From: an uncultured Enterobacteriaceae bacterium
Lineage (GTDB): Bacteria > Pseudomonadota > Gammaproteobacteria > Eutrophobiales > Eutrophobiaceae
DNA: 57,851 nucleotides
NCBI GenBank assembly: GCA_964544965.1
Contig: CAZJED010000001.1
Location: 1-57,851, forward strand
Reading direction: 5' to 3'
Positions 1 to 8,912 of this stretch are shown in pieces. A program made the position numbers and the translations under genes. How positions within the stretch are numbered: position 1 is the stretch's first letter; every line of letters starts with the position of its first letter. The notes beneath the pieces are model-generated. The model made no database searches. It saw nothing but the letters and a program-made list of their open reading frames with translations, and was not told the DNA's origin.

Positions 1-55
<55 letters not shown>

Positions 56-222
56 CTAGTTTATATCGTTCATTTTCAACCAGCTTTTGACTGGAAGACC
101 CGATCCATTTTCAATCTCTCTAGCGAGTCACTCAACATTCCTTCTTTATCAGCTTCCTAAATCCGTTATATATATACCTTATAATCAATACCCTGATACA
201 CTCCAACAAAACAAACTTGTTC

Positions 223-307
223 TGGTGGAGGGGGTAGGATTCGAACCTACGAAGGCTGAGCCAACAGATTTACAGTCTGCCCCCGTTGACCGCTTGGGTA
301 CCCCTCC
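223..307 (-). tRNA. tyrU: tRNA-Tyr (anticodon GUA), encoded CCA
   Basis: The reverse complement reads GGAGGGG-TA-CCCAAGCGGTCAACGGGG-GC-AGACT-GTA-AATCT-GTTGGCTCAGCCTTC-GTAGG-TTCGAAT-CCTAC-CCCCTCC-A-CCA. It has the long variable arm typical of bacterial tRNA-Tyr. Confidence 0.95.
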
Positions 308-325
308 AAAAAATCCAAGCCGGCC

Positions 326-354
326 ATTCTCGAATAAACGTTTGACACTGTCAA
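326..354 (-). promoter_or_regulatory. Putative sigma70 promoter of the tRNA-Tyr/Gly operon
   Basis: On the minus strand: TTGACA (349-354), a 17-nt spacer, GAGAAT (326-331), then a GC-rich discriminator GGCCGGC (319-325). It sits about 18 nt upstream of the tRNA-Tyr 5' end. A GC-rich discriminator is typical of stringently controlled stable-RNA promoters. Confidence 0.4.
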
Positions 355-373
355 TATGCGTGTTATCAATAAT

Positions 374-928
374 TTAGCCTGAACGTAAAATATTTCCTGT
401 TTGAGCATCTCTAATTTCACTAGGATTTTCATTATTGGCAATTTTTGCTGGTATTACATAATCGATTTCCCTAGGAAAATAGGCGCGTACACGCTGGGAA
501 GACTTAGCTGGAGGAGCGTTATGAGGATTAGCGCTTGTTGAAACAATAGGCCCTAGCTCTGAACAAAGTGATTTAATTAAATCATAAGAACTAACCCTTA
601 CAGCAAGTGTATTATGTTCACCAGTTAGCCAAATAGGGGTCGTACGTCTTGCTGGGATAAGCCAAGTTATCGGACCTGGCCAAGTATGAAAAACGGCTTT
701 TAAATTTTTAACCTTTGAAAAATCAACAAATTCCTCAAGTTGATTAATTTCTCCAGCTATCAGAATCAGCCCTTTTCGTATAGAACGTCTTTTTAATTTG
801 AAAATTCTTTGAACAGAGTGTTTATAAACGGGAATACAGCCTAATCCAAAAACCGCCTCTGTGGGGTATGCAATTATTCCGCCCCGCTGGCAAACATGGA
901 TAGCTTTCTTCACATGCAGCTTTTTCAT
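374..928 (-). CDS. tsaC: L-threonylcarbamoyladenylate synthase TsaC (YrdC/Sua5 family)
   Basis: 184 aa. The N-terminus GGIIAYPTEAVFGLGC and the motif GPIVSTSAN are characteristic of YrdC/TsaC. It sits next to topA and smg, as yrdC does in E. coli. Confidence 0.85.
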   Translation of the reverse strand: MKKLHVKKAIHVCQRGGIIAYPTEAVFGLGCIPVYKHSVQRIFKLKRRSIRKGLILIAGEINQLEEFVDFSKVKNLKAVFHTWPGPITWLIPARRTTPIWLTGEHNTLAVRVSSYDLIKSLCSELGPIVSTSANPHNAPPAKSSQRVRAYFPREIDYVIPAKIANNENPSEIRDAQTGNILRSG

Positions 929-971
929 AACCCAGCCAAAATACGAATTTCTTTGTTTATTACTTTCAATA

Positions 972-3536
972 TTACTTATGTTTTAAGTTCTCAGAACTTT
1001 GGTTACCTGACATTTTCTCGAAGTCTTCCCTTGAGTCTAATGGTTCTTCAACATATCTCTCATGTCCTTTTGATTCGCGAGGGGCGGGTTCATGATTCTG
1101 GGGCATTGTTTCCTTCTTTGTGGTTTTTGCTTTCTTCTTTGTGGTTTTTGCTTTCTTCTTTGTGGTTTTTGCCTTCTTCTTTGCTATTGTCTTTTTCTTA
1201 CGACCACGCGCACCTCTGGCGGGTGCGGCTTCTAAAAGGGCAATCGATTCTTCGAGACTCAGGCTACTTGGTTCTACATCTTTAGGAACTTTTGCATTCT
1301 TTTTACCATTTGTAACATATGGACCATAACGACCATTTAAAATTGATATGCCCTCCTCCTCAAAAAGTTTTATTTGTTTTTCAGCATCGGCTTTTTTCTT
1401 TTCTGCCACCAACTCAAGTGCCCTCTCAAGGGTAACAGTATATGGATCATCTTCTCTTTTTAACGATACAAACTTACTACCATAACGAATATAAGGACCG
1501 AAACGGCCAATGCTAGCAGCAACTTCTTCGCCTTCACTGGTTTCGCCTAAAAGTCTTGGCAACTTAAAAAGTTCCAACGCTTCCTCAAGACTGATCTGGT
1601 CTAATTTCTGTGCTGGTTGTATCACTTCCCCGCTAATAGGGTCTTTGATCTCTCGACGTAAGCCTGCAAATTTTGGTTTGTCTTCATCATCTTTAGTTCC
1701 AATTTGCGCATAAGGACCGTAGCGACCGATACGCACCGATACTTCCAAACCAGATTTCGGATGATTACCTAATACTCTCGCCTGAATAGCTTCTTCTCGA
1801 GTAACTTTTTCTTCCTTGTCTTGGATCTGACTATTAAAAGAATCCCAAAAATTTTTCATTAATGGCACCCACTCTTTTTCTCCCCGAGATATAGCATCTA
1901 AATCGTCCTCGAGTTTTGCTGTAAATTCATAATCAACGTAATCACTAAAATGAGCTGTCAAAAAATTGTTTACTAATTTTCCAACGTCAGTCGGATGAAA
2001 ACGTTTACTTTCCACTTCAACATACTCTCTGTTTCTTAAAGTTGATATAATATTGGCATACGTTGAAGGTCTCCCAATACCATATTCTTCTAAAGATTTA
2101 ACTAACGATGCCTCGGAATAACGTGGTGGTGGGGCAGTAAAATGTTGTTCATTTCTTATTTCTTTTAATTTTACTTTGTCGCCTTCTGTTAATTGAGGCA
2201 ACATCTTTTCATCATCTTCATTATTTTCTGAATCATCAACACCCTCAAGATATACTTGCATAAAACCGGGATCAGCTATTGATGAACCATTAGCTCTAAA
2301 TAAATTGCCTTCGCCACAAGACATATCAACAGCAACAGAATCGATAGTTGCATGGGTCATCTGACTAGCCATAGTTCTTTTCCAAATTAGTTCGTACAAT
2401 TTAAATTGTTCGTCCGTCAAGCTATCTTTTATCTCGCTCGGCACCCTAGTAACTGAGGTTGGTCTTACTGCCTCATGAGCTTCTTGTGCATTTTTAGATT
2501 TCTTTTTAAAGACCCTCGGCTCATTTGGTAATGATTCTTTGCCATAACGAGATGATATAAAATCGCGTATTTCCGTTAATGCCTCTTCTGCAAGATTTAC
2601 AGAATCGGTTCTCATGTAAGTAATTAAACCAACCGAACCTTCGCCAATATCTATGCCTTCATATAATTGTTGTGCGATTCTCATTGTCCATTGGGCTGTA
2701 AAACCGAGTTTTCTTATCCCTTCTTGTTGCAATGTTGATGTTATGAAAGGAGCAGTGGGTTCGCGTTTTCTTTGTGTTTTTTTGACATTTCTAACTATCA
2801 ATTCCCCTGTAAACGCCTTTTCGAGAGTAGATTTTATAATAGATGCTTGTTCTGTATCCTCTATACTAAATTTTTTGATTTTCTTATTATCAAACTCGGT
2901 TAATTTACCTAAAAATTCAGACCCGCTAAATTCTAAATCTGACTCTATTGTCCAATATTCTCTAGCAATAAAATCTTCTATTTCTTTTTCGCGCTCAACA
3001 ATCATTCTCAATGCTGGAGATTGAACACGCCCTGCAGATAAACCCTTATGTATTTTCTTCCATAACAATGGAGATAAATTAAATCCAACTAAATAATCAA
3101 GAGCACGTCTGGCTTGTTGTGCATCAACTAAGTTTGATGATAATTCTCTTGGATTTTTTATTGCATCTTGTACTGCGCTTTTGGTTACTTCATAAAATGC
3201 AACTCTGTGAACTTCTTTATTCTCAAGACAACCATTTTCTTTTAACAGTTCATATAGGTGCCATGAAATTGCTTCGCCTTCTCTATCAGGGTCAGTTGCC
3301 AAATACAATGTGTCAGCCTTTTTCAGAGCTCTTTTAATTGCGTTAACATATTTTTCATTTCTTTCGATTCCTTCATAAATCATTGCAAAATTATTATCAG
3401 GATCTACGGCTCCCTTTTTAGGTAGCAGATCTCTAACATGGCCATAAGACGCTAAAACTTTGTAATCTTTACCCAGATAACTTTCAAGCGTTTTAGATTT
3501 TGATGGAGACTCAACAACTACTAAAGAGTTTGACAT
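972..3536 (-). CDS. topA: DNA topoisomerase I, with cysteine-free C-terminal repeat domains and a Lys-rich tail
   Basis: 854 aa. It has a Toprim N-terminus (VVVESPSKSKT, DPDREGE) and the active-site Tyr in LITYMRTDS. Three GR(Y/F)GPY C-terminal repeats contain no Cys4 zinc fingers. Confidence 0.97.
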   Translation of the reverse strand: MSNSLVVVESPSKSKTLESYLGKDYKVLASYGHVRDLLPKKGAVDPDNNFAMIYEGIERNEKYVNAIKRALKKADTLYLATDPDREGEAISWHLYELLKENGCLENKEVHRVAFYEVTKSAVQDAIKNPRELSSNLVDAQQARRALDYLVGFNLSPLLWKKIHKGLSAGRVQSPALRMIVEREKEIEDFIAREYWTIESDLEFSGSEFLGKLTEFDNKKIKKFSIEDTEQASIIKSTLEKAFTGELIVRNVKKTQRKREPTAPFITSTLQQEGIRKLGFTAQWTMRIAQQLYEGIDIGEGSVGLITYMRTDSVNLAEEALTEIRDFISSRYGKESLPNEPRVFKKKSKNAQEAHEAVRPTSVTRVPSEIKDSLTDEQFKLYELIWKRTMASQMTHATIDSVAVDMSCGEGNLFRANGSSIADPGFMQVYLEGVDDSENNEDDEKMLPQLTEGDKVKLKEIRNEQHFTAPPPRYSEASLVKSLEEYGIGRPSTYANIISTLRNREYVEVESKRFHPTDVGKLVNNFLTAHFSDYVDYEFTAKLEDDLDAISRGEKEWVPLMKNFWDSFNSQIQDKEEKVTREEAIQARVLGNHPKSGLEVSVRIGRYGPYAQIGTKDDEDKPKFAGLRREIKDPISGEVIQPAQKLDQISLEEALELFKLPRLLGETSEGEEVAASIGRFGPYIRYGSKFVSLKREDDPYTVTLERALELVAEKKKADAEKQIKLFEEEGISILNGRYGPYVTNGKKNAKVPKDVEPSSLSLEESIALLEAAPARGARGRKKKTIAKKKAKTTKKKAKTTKKKAKTTKKETMPQNHEPAPRESKGHERYVEEPLDSREDFEKMSGNQSSENLKHK
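1114..1185. repeat. 21-bp tandem repeat (about 3.4 copies) inside the 3' end of topA
   Basis: ttctttgtggtttttgctttc occurs at 1114-1134, identically at 1135-1155, and with 1 mismatch at 1156-1176, followed by a partial copy. It is in frame and encodes (KKKAKTT)x3 on the minus strand. Confidence 0.9.
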
Positions 3537-3598
3537 GTTTAAAGTTAAATAATATTAATTTAAAAAATAAATAGAAATCTTATTGTGTGTAATTTAGT

Positions 3599-4075
3599 TT
3601 AATGAACTACGGTACTAACTTCGTCCAAGATAATATCTTCCATCCAAGCAAATGCAGCTTCCTTACCAGGTCTATTAAATAAAACCATTAAAACAACCCA
3701 TTTTAGTTGCTGTAATTCTATTATCTCGGTTTCAAGGGCCATTACTCTGTCGATTACAAGCTCTCGATCCTCATAATCGAGAACCCCAGATTGTTCTAAA
3801 AAAATCAAAAAACCTTTGCACTCGACATCAAGTTTCTCATTTTCAATATCACTAAACACTCTGGTAGATTCTGAACAAACAATACTTGCATCAAGTTCAT
3901 CCTTTTTTACCGCAAGACCTTCTAACCAATCAATTGCCTTATCTATTTGTATATCTGCAAAACCAGCTTGATTCAGCTGACTTTTTAAATCCTTTTGGTT
4001 AGGTATTATCTCAAATTCCTGTTCAATGTAATGGTCGAATAAATATATAAGTACATCTAAAACTGATTCTTTCAT
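3599..4075 (-). CDS. smg: Smg protein (DUF494)
   Basis: 158 aa. The N-terminus VLDVLIYLFDHY is typical of Smg, and its position beside topA matches conserved synteny. Confidence 0.85.
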   Translation of the reverse strand: MKESVLDVLIYLFDHYIEQEFEIIPNQKDLKSQLNQAGFADIQIDKAIDWLEGLAVKKDELDASIVCSESTRVFSDIENEKLDVECKGFLIFLEQSGVLDYEDRELVIDRVMALETEIIELQQLKWVVLMVLFNRPGKEAAFAWMEDIILDEVSTVVH

Positions 4076-4148
4076 AAAAAATCTGTCTCGATTATTAAAG
4101 TATGATTTAAAAAATACATTAAATGTTTTATTTTTAAGGCCAAAAAAT

Positions 4149-5387
4149 TTATAAACTTTTTACCGTATCAAAAACATGTACAGGTCCATTAATTTCCATA
4201 ACTAAAGCATAGCTAACTTTCTCAAAAGTCCTAAAGACCATCATAACTCCAACATATTCTTCAGGTAGCGAAACAATTTCTGATTTTGATTTCCTATTAG
4301 CGAATGTAGGAAATCTTTTGTCAAATTTTTTAACAGCATTGCGAATCGTGTTAACCAATTTACTAAGTTCTTGATCAACAAAATTAGTATCCTCACGTTC
4401 AAATTCAATTCTATCGGCATCTTGCTCTTCTAATTTTTTAGGCTGATTCGGTCCTATCGTATCTACCACCTTCAGATTATCTTGAAATATACCAAGTACA
4501 TTACCCGGTTCTACCCCGCTGCTATTACCAACATTTAGCACTACGACTTGATACTGGCCTATCTGTGCAACACCGCCTAGCTTTGATATCCCGGTTAATA
4601 CAGACAAAATAGTGCCCTCAACCTCAGTTTTAGTAGAACTTGGAACAAATTCAACATTTATGTCTTGTTCAGAATTAGGAATTAACCGATCCCCCGTCAA
4701 AACTTCTCTATCAACTGAAGTTATTACAGCTGATGCGGGGTCACCTTTTTTTTGCATTACGGCTTGGCCAATATATATTGCCTCGTAGCCTAGTATTTCA
4801 TCCTCTTCATCTTTATCTTTTTTTACATTAATGTAGGCTGGCCCTTTCCGGTATATTGAATACTCATTTGTTTCCGCATAGTCCGGAATCCCTCTGACAT
4901 AAATTGTATTATTTACCGAGGCTATTAAGTGGCCTTCATAGCTTGAAACAACATAAGGCCAATCTTCCATTTCATCTCGTTCAAAAATTAGCGGCCATTT
5001 CAAAAATTGTTGAATTGCATCAATAGGTATAGCCGGTATTGCTTTATCATTTTCAGAACTACGTATTGTTGGTGAAAGTTTTACATTCCTGCCGGAAGCT
5101 GTTTGTCCGGCTCGTTCAAGATTTAAAACTGGTTGATCGCCTTCATAAGTAAGCGAAACCATATCCCCAGGATAGATTAAATGTGGATTCTTTATTTGTG
5201 GGTTTGCCCGCCAGATTTCCTGCCAAAGCCACGGTTTTTTTAAAAAACGCGCCGAAATATCCCAAAGCGTATCCCCTTTAACAACCGTATATTTACCAGG
5301 ATGTTCAGGATTAAGCTCTATTTCGCCTGCATTTGCATACAGAAACATCAGCAAAATTGCGAATGAAATTAGAATCTTATTAACCAT
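4149..5387 (-). CDS. Secreted LysM peptidoglycan-binding protein, TsaP-like
   Basis: 412 aa. It has an N-terminal signal-like segment (ILISFAILLMFLYANA) and a LysM motif YTVVKGDTLWDISARF...NPHLIYPGDMVSL. It is divergent from def, the same position as P. aeruginosa PA0020 (TsaP). Confidence 0.75.
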   Translation of the reverse strand: MVNKILISFAILLMFLYANAGEIELNPEHPGKYTVVKGDTLWDISARFLKKPWLWQEIWRANPQIKNPHLIYPGDMVSLTYEGDQPVLNLERAGQTASGRNVKLSPTIRSSENDKAIPAIPIDAIQQFLKWPLIFERDEMEDWPYVVSSYEGHLIASVNNTIYVRGIPDYAETNEYSIYRKGPAYINVKKDKDEEDEILGYEAIYIGQAVMQKKGDPASAVITSVDREVLTGDRLIPNSEQDINVEFVPSSTKTEVEGTILSVLTGISKLGGVAQIGQYQVVVLNVGNSSGVEPGNVLGIFQDNLKVVDTIGPNQPKKLEEQDADRIEFEREDTNFVDQELSKLVNTIRNAVKKFDKRFPTFANRKSKSEIVSLPEEYVGVMMVFRTFEKVSYALVMEINGPVHVFDTVKSL

Positions 5388-5543
5388 GTCTACTACCTTA
5401 CGTAATCTATCGGATGTAGATTATCAAAAAGCTGAGTAAAATGTCAGTAAGATAAACGTTTTGTTTATCTCTGCTAATTGGGGAAAACTGAGTTTTCTAC
5501 GTATTATCAGTAAGTTAAATGATTTTTTAGGATAAAAATTACG

Positions 5544-6098
5544 ATGACAATACTCAAAGTTTTGCATTTTCCGGACGAAAGACTCCGTCTAAAAGCTGCC
5601 CCTGTCGAGGAAATTAATCCGGAAATAGGTGCTGTTGCAGAAAATATGCTCGAAACTATGTACGCAGAAGGGGGTATTGGATTAGCTGCTACCCAAGTCA
5701 ATATACAAAAAAGGATTATAGTTATAGATATTTCAGAAAATAAAAATGAGCCACTAACTCTTATTAATCCTGAGATATTAAAATTAGAAGGTAAAGAAGA
5801 ATCGCAAGAAGGCTGTCTATCTGTACCCGATTATTTTGATGTGGTTCAAAGAGCTAAAAATATTGAATTTCGCTACACAACACTCAAAAATGAAGTTACC
5901 ACAAAAACAATTGATGGTTTATTAGCAATCTGCATACAACATGAAATTGATCATCTGAATGGAAAATTATTTATTGATTACTTATCTCCATTAAAACGCG
6001 ATCGTCTTAAGAAAAGAATTCTTAAACAAAAAATAAAAAAACGTCGTTTGAAAAATTCAAAACAACCCGATAATGAGTCATCTAATAAAATACTGTGA
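5544..6098 (+). CDS. def: Peptide deformylase
   Basis: All three Def motifs are present: GIGLAATQV, EGCLS and HEIDHLNG. It has an extra Lys/Arg-rich C-terminal tail. Confidence 0.95.
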   Translation: MTILKVLHFPDERLRLKAAPVEEINPEIGAVAENMLETMYAEGGIGLAATQVNIQKRIIVIDISENKNEPLTLINPEILKLEGKEESQEGCLSVPDYFDVVQRAKNIEFRYTTLKNEVTTKTIDGLLAICIQHEIDHLNGKLFIDYLSPLKRDRLKKRILKQKIKKRRLKNSKQPDNESSNKIL

Positions 6099-7021
6099 GA
6101 CACACCAAGCTTAAATTGGCATTTGCAGGAACTCCTGAAATTGCCAGAATAGTTCTCGAATCTCTTATTGATGCCGATCAACATAATGTCGGAATTGTTT
6201 TCACCAAACCTGATAAACCAGCTGGTAGAGGACATAAAATTAGACAAAATGAAGTAAAAGTTTGTGCCATAAAAAATAATATTGAAATTCTTCAACCGAA
6301 AAATTACCAAGAACTCGAGTCTTACTCATTAGAGCATTATGATTTATTGTTAGTCGTTGCTTACGGGTTGTTACTCACACCTAAAATCTTAGCGAAACCA
6401 AGGTTTGGATGTATAAATATACATGCTTCATTACTGCCACGTTGGCGTGGTGCTGCACCTATACAGCGAGCTATCGAGGCAGGAGATATGAAAACTGGTA
6501 TAACAATAATGCAAATGGATAAAAATCTTGATACTGGGAAAATTCTAAAACAAGTCAGTTGTTCAATAAAAGAAAGTGATACGAGCGGAATTTTGCACGA
6601 CCGTTTAGCGAATATTAGTGCTGAAAATATAAATAATGTTCTTTCGGAAATAGCTGAAGGTGAGCTTATCGCAACAAATCAAGATAATTCAAAAGCAACT
6701 TACGCAAAAAAAATTAGTAAGCATGAAGCAAAATTAGATTGGAATAAAACGGCGACGGAACTGGAAAGAAAAATTCGTGCCTATAACCCAACTCCAGTAG
6801 CACACACAAATTTTAAAGGTGTAAACTTTAGAATATGGGAGGCAAAAGTAAAAACCAGTACAGTTAAGTTAAAACCTGGAACTCTACTTAAAGGAAAATC
6901 AACACTAGATATAATGACAGGTGAAAATCTTCTTTCCGTAACTAAGCTACAATTGCCTGGAAAAAAAATAATTTCAGCAAAAGATTTTTTGAATAGTCAT
7001 ACCGATTTTATGAACGATTAA
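6095..7021 (+). CDS. fmt: Methionyl-tRNA formyltransferase
   Basis: Motifs FAGTPEIA and HASLLPRWRGAAPIQRAI are present. The GTG start overlaps the def stop (GTGA). Confidence 0.95.
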   Translation: MRHTKLKLAFAGTPEIARIVLESLIDADQHNVGIVFTKPDKPAGRGHKIRQNEVKVCAIKNNIEILQPKNYQELESYSLEHYDLLLVVAYGLLLTPKILAKPRFGCINIHASLLPRWRGAAPIQRAIEAGDMKTGITIMQMDKNLDTGKILKQVSCSIKESDTSGILHDRLANISAENINNVLSEIAEGELIATNQDNSKATYAKKISKHEAKLDWNKTATELERKIRAYNPTPVAHTNFKGVNFRIWEAKVKTSTVKLKPGTLLKGKSTLDIMTGENLLSVTKLQLPGKKIISAKDFLNSHTDFMND

Positions 7022-7049
7022 TATTTATAATTCATATAGAAAATCTGCA

Positions 7050-8348
7050 ATGTCGCCCCGTCTAATAACAATCCATATTATTGAAGAAGTTCTTGAAAAA
7101 AATCTACCACTAAAAATTGTTATTAATAAAAATGAATCGATTAAAAAGATAGGAAAAGATAGTAGTCTAATTAAGGAAATGCTGTTTGGAACATTCCGTT
7201 GGTATATACAACTAGAATATATCCTTGATCAATTAGTTGAAAAACCCTTAAAAAAGAAAGATCGGCTACTTAAACATTTAATAATAATTGGGCTATATCA
7301 ATTAATATATATGCGAATCCCTAATCACGCTGTAGTGTCAGAAACAGTAGAAACATGTGAAAAAATAAGCATGGGATGGGCTAAAGGATTGGTTAATGCC
7401 ATACTTAGAGAATATATTCGAGAAGAAAAAAAAATAGGCTTGATGATTCAAAAAGACGAAGCAATTAAATTTGCACATCCTGCTTGGTTAATCAATAAAA
7501 TTAAAGCTGATTGGCCTAGTAATTGGGAAGAGATTCTTATTGCAAATAATGAACATCCTCCAATGTTTCTTCGTGTAAATAAACTTCATAACAATAGAAA
7601 ATACTATATTGATAAATTAAAGGAAGCACGTATCGAAGGGGTAGAAACAGAACATTCGCCTCATGGAGTTTTACTTAAAGAACCCGCAAATATTGAGAAA
7701 TTACCAGGATTTTCAAAAGGTGATTCTTCTGTTCAAGATCTAGCAGCTCAGCTTGCGATTGGGTTACTTGATCTTAAACCTAATCACAGAGTTCTTGATG
7801 CATGTGCTGCTCCAGGAGGAAAAACTGCACATATTCTTGAATCAGAACCAAAAATTGAGAGTCTAACAGCTATTGAAAAAGATAAAATACGCGCAAAAAG
7901 ATTATACAACACGTTGGATAGAATTGGATTACGCGCGCATGTAAAGGTTGAAGATATTATAAATACTGATAAATGGTGGGATGGTAAAAAATTCGACAGA
8001 ATCATACTCGATGCGCCCTGTTCAGCAACTGGAGTAATACGCAGGCATCCGGAAATAAGGCTATTAAGAACAATGGATCAAATAATTAAAATTAACAAAT
8101 TACAAACAAAGCTTCTAACAACACTCTGGAGCACTCTCAGAGACGATGGCCTGCTTTTATATGCAACTTGTTCTATATTTAAGCAGGAAAATCGTGATCT
8201 AATAAAAGATTTTGTAAATAATCATTCTAACTGCGGCTTAAAAACAATTATTAAAGAATGGGGAGTTGATACCGGATATGGCAGACAAATCCTTCCGGGG
8301 CAAGATAATATGGATGGATTTTTCTATGCATGTCTTACAAAAAAATAA
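7050..8348 (+). CDS. rsmB: 16S rRNA (cytosine967-C5)-methyltransferase
   Basis: It has a NusB-like N-terminus and the motifs DACAAPGGKT, LDAPCSATG and LLYATCS. It follows fmt. Confidence 0.9.
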   Translation: MSPRLITIHIIEEVLEKNLPLKIVINKNESIKKIGKDSSLIKEMLFGTFRWYIQLEYILDQLVEKPLKKKDRLLKHLIIIGLYQLIYMRIPNHAVVSETVETCEKISMGWAKGLVNAILREYIREEKKIGLMIQKDEAIKFAHPAWLINKIKADWPSNWEEILIANNEHPPMFLRVNKLHNNRKYYIDKLKEARIEGVETEHSPHGVLLKEPANIEKLPGFSKGDSSVQDLAAQLAIGLLDLKPNHRVLDACAAPGGKTAHILESEPKIESLTAIEKDKIRAKRLYNTLDRIGLRAHVKVEDIINTDKWWDGKKFDRIILDAPCSATGVIRRHPEIRLLRTMDQIIKINKLQTKLLTTLWSTLRDDGLLLYATCSIFKQENRDLIKDFVNNHSNCGLKTIIKEWGVDTGYGRQILPGQDNMDGFFYACLTKK

Positions 8349-8351
8349 CGA

Positions 8352-8912
8352 ATGATAATTATAATAAAAAAAATAAATCTAATTTTTATTATTATACTAA
8401 CAATGTATATAAATCAGTTTGTTTATGCTGATGGTGTAAATATAAATTCAGCGGTCACTTATATTGATAATAATACCTATTATTTAGATGTATCCTCTGA
8501 ATTAACCTTAACTGAAGAGTCTTATAGAGCACTACGTCAGGGAATATCTTTTGAAATACATACAGACTTTCAACTGCTTAAAAAACGTAAATGGTTATGG
8601 AATAAAACTGTATTTGGAAAAAAGTTAATACATAAACTTGAACATAAACCATTAACTGAAAATTTCTTGATAACTAATTTAAATACTGGGATTGTAAATT
8701 ATTACAAAAATTTAGATGCGGCTGTTAATGCAATTTGCAATATATCAAAAATGAAATTATTTGATAAAAATAAACTACAGAAAAATATAAAATATTTAGC
8801 AAAAATTCGTTTATATTTAGATATAGACTCCTTGCCAAGCCCTTTAAGACCTAGAGCATATTTTTCATCAGATTGGAATATTTCAAGTCAGTGGTATAGG
8901 TGGAAAATATGA
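8352..8912 (+). CDS. DUF4390-like periplasmic protein
   Basis: 186 aa with an N-terminal hydrophobic signal or anchor. The position between rsmB and an NtrY-like kinase matches where I recall DUF4390 genes. The family assignment is from memory, not a search. Confidence 0.55.
   Translation: MIIIIKKINLIFIIILTMYINQFVYADGVNINSAVTYIDNNTYYLDVSSELTLTEESYRALRQGISFEIHTDFQLLKKRKWLWNKTVFGKKLIHKLEHKPLTENFLITNLNTGIVNYYKNLDAAVNAICNISKMKLFDKNKLQKNIKYLAKIRLYLDIDSLPSPLRPRAYFSSDWNISSQWYRWKI

Noticed and set aside
56-222. Long (167-nt) spacer between tRNA-Tyr and tRNA-Gly as a possible extra RNA gene or small ORF
   Set aside because: I could not fold a cloverleaf or stable hairpin by eye. E. coli tyrU-glyT also has a spacer of more than 100 nt. 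There is no ORF with a ribosome-binding site.
87-441. ORFs 87..377 (+) and 247..441 (-) from the six-frame track
   Set aside because: Both run through the tRNA-Tyr gene and the tRNA spacer or promoter. They have no recognisable domains and low-complexity translations, so they are spurious.
1114-1185. Possible CRISPR-like or minisatellite array
   Set aside because: The units are directly adjacent with no spacers, number only about 3.4 copies, and are in frame within topA. This is a coding tandem repeat, not a CRISPR array.
896-1329. Plus-strand ORFs 896..1285 and 1120..1329 with striking repeats (FFFVVFAFFF, SLWFLLSS)
   Set aside because: They are antisense read-outs of the 21-bp repeat inside topA. 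The topA frame on the minus strand is clearly the real one.
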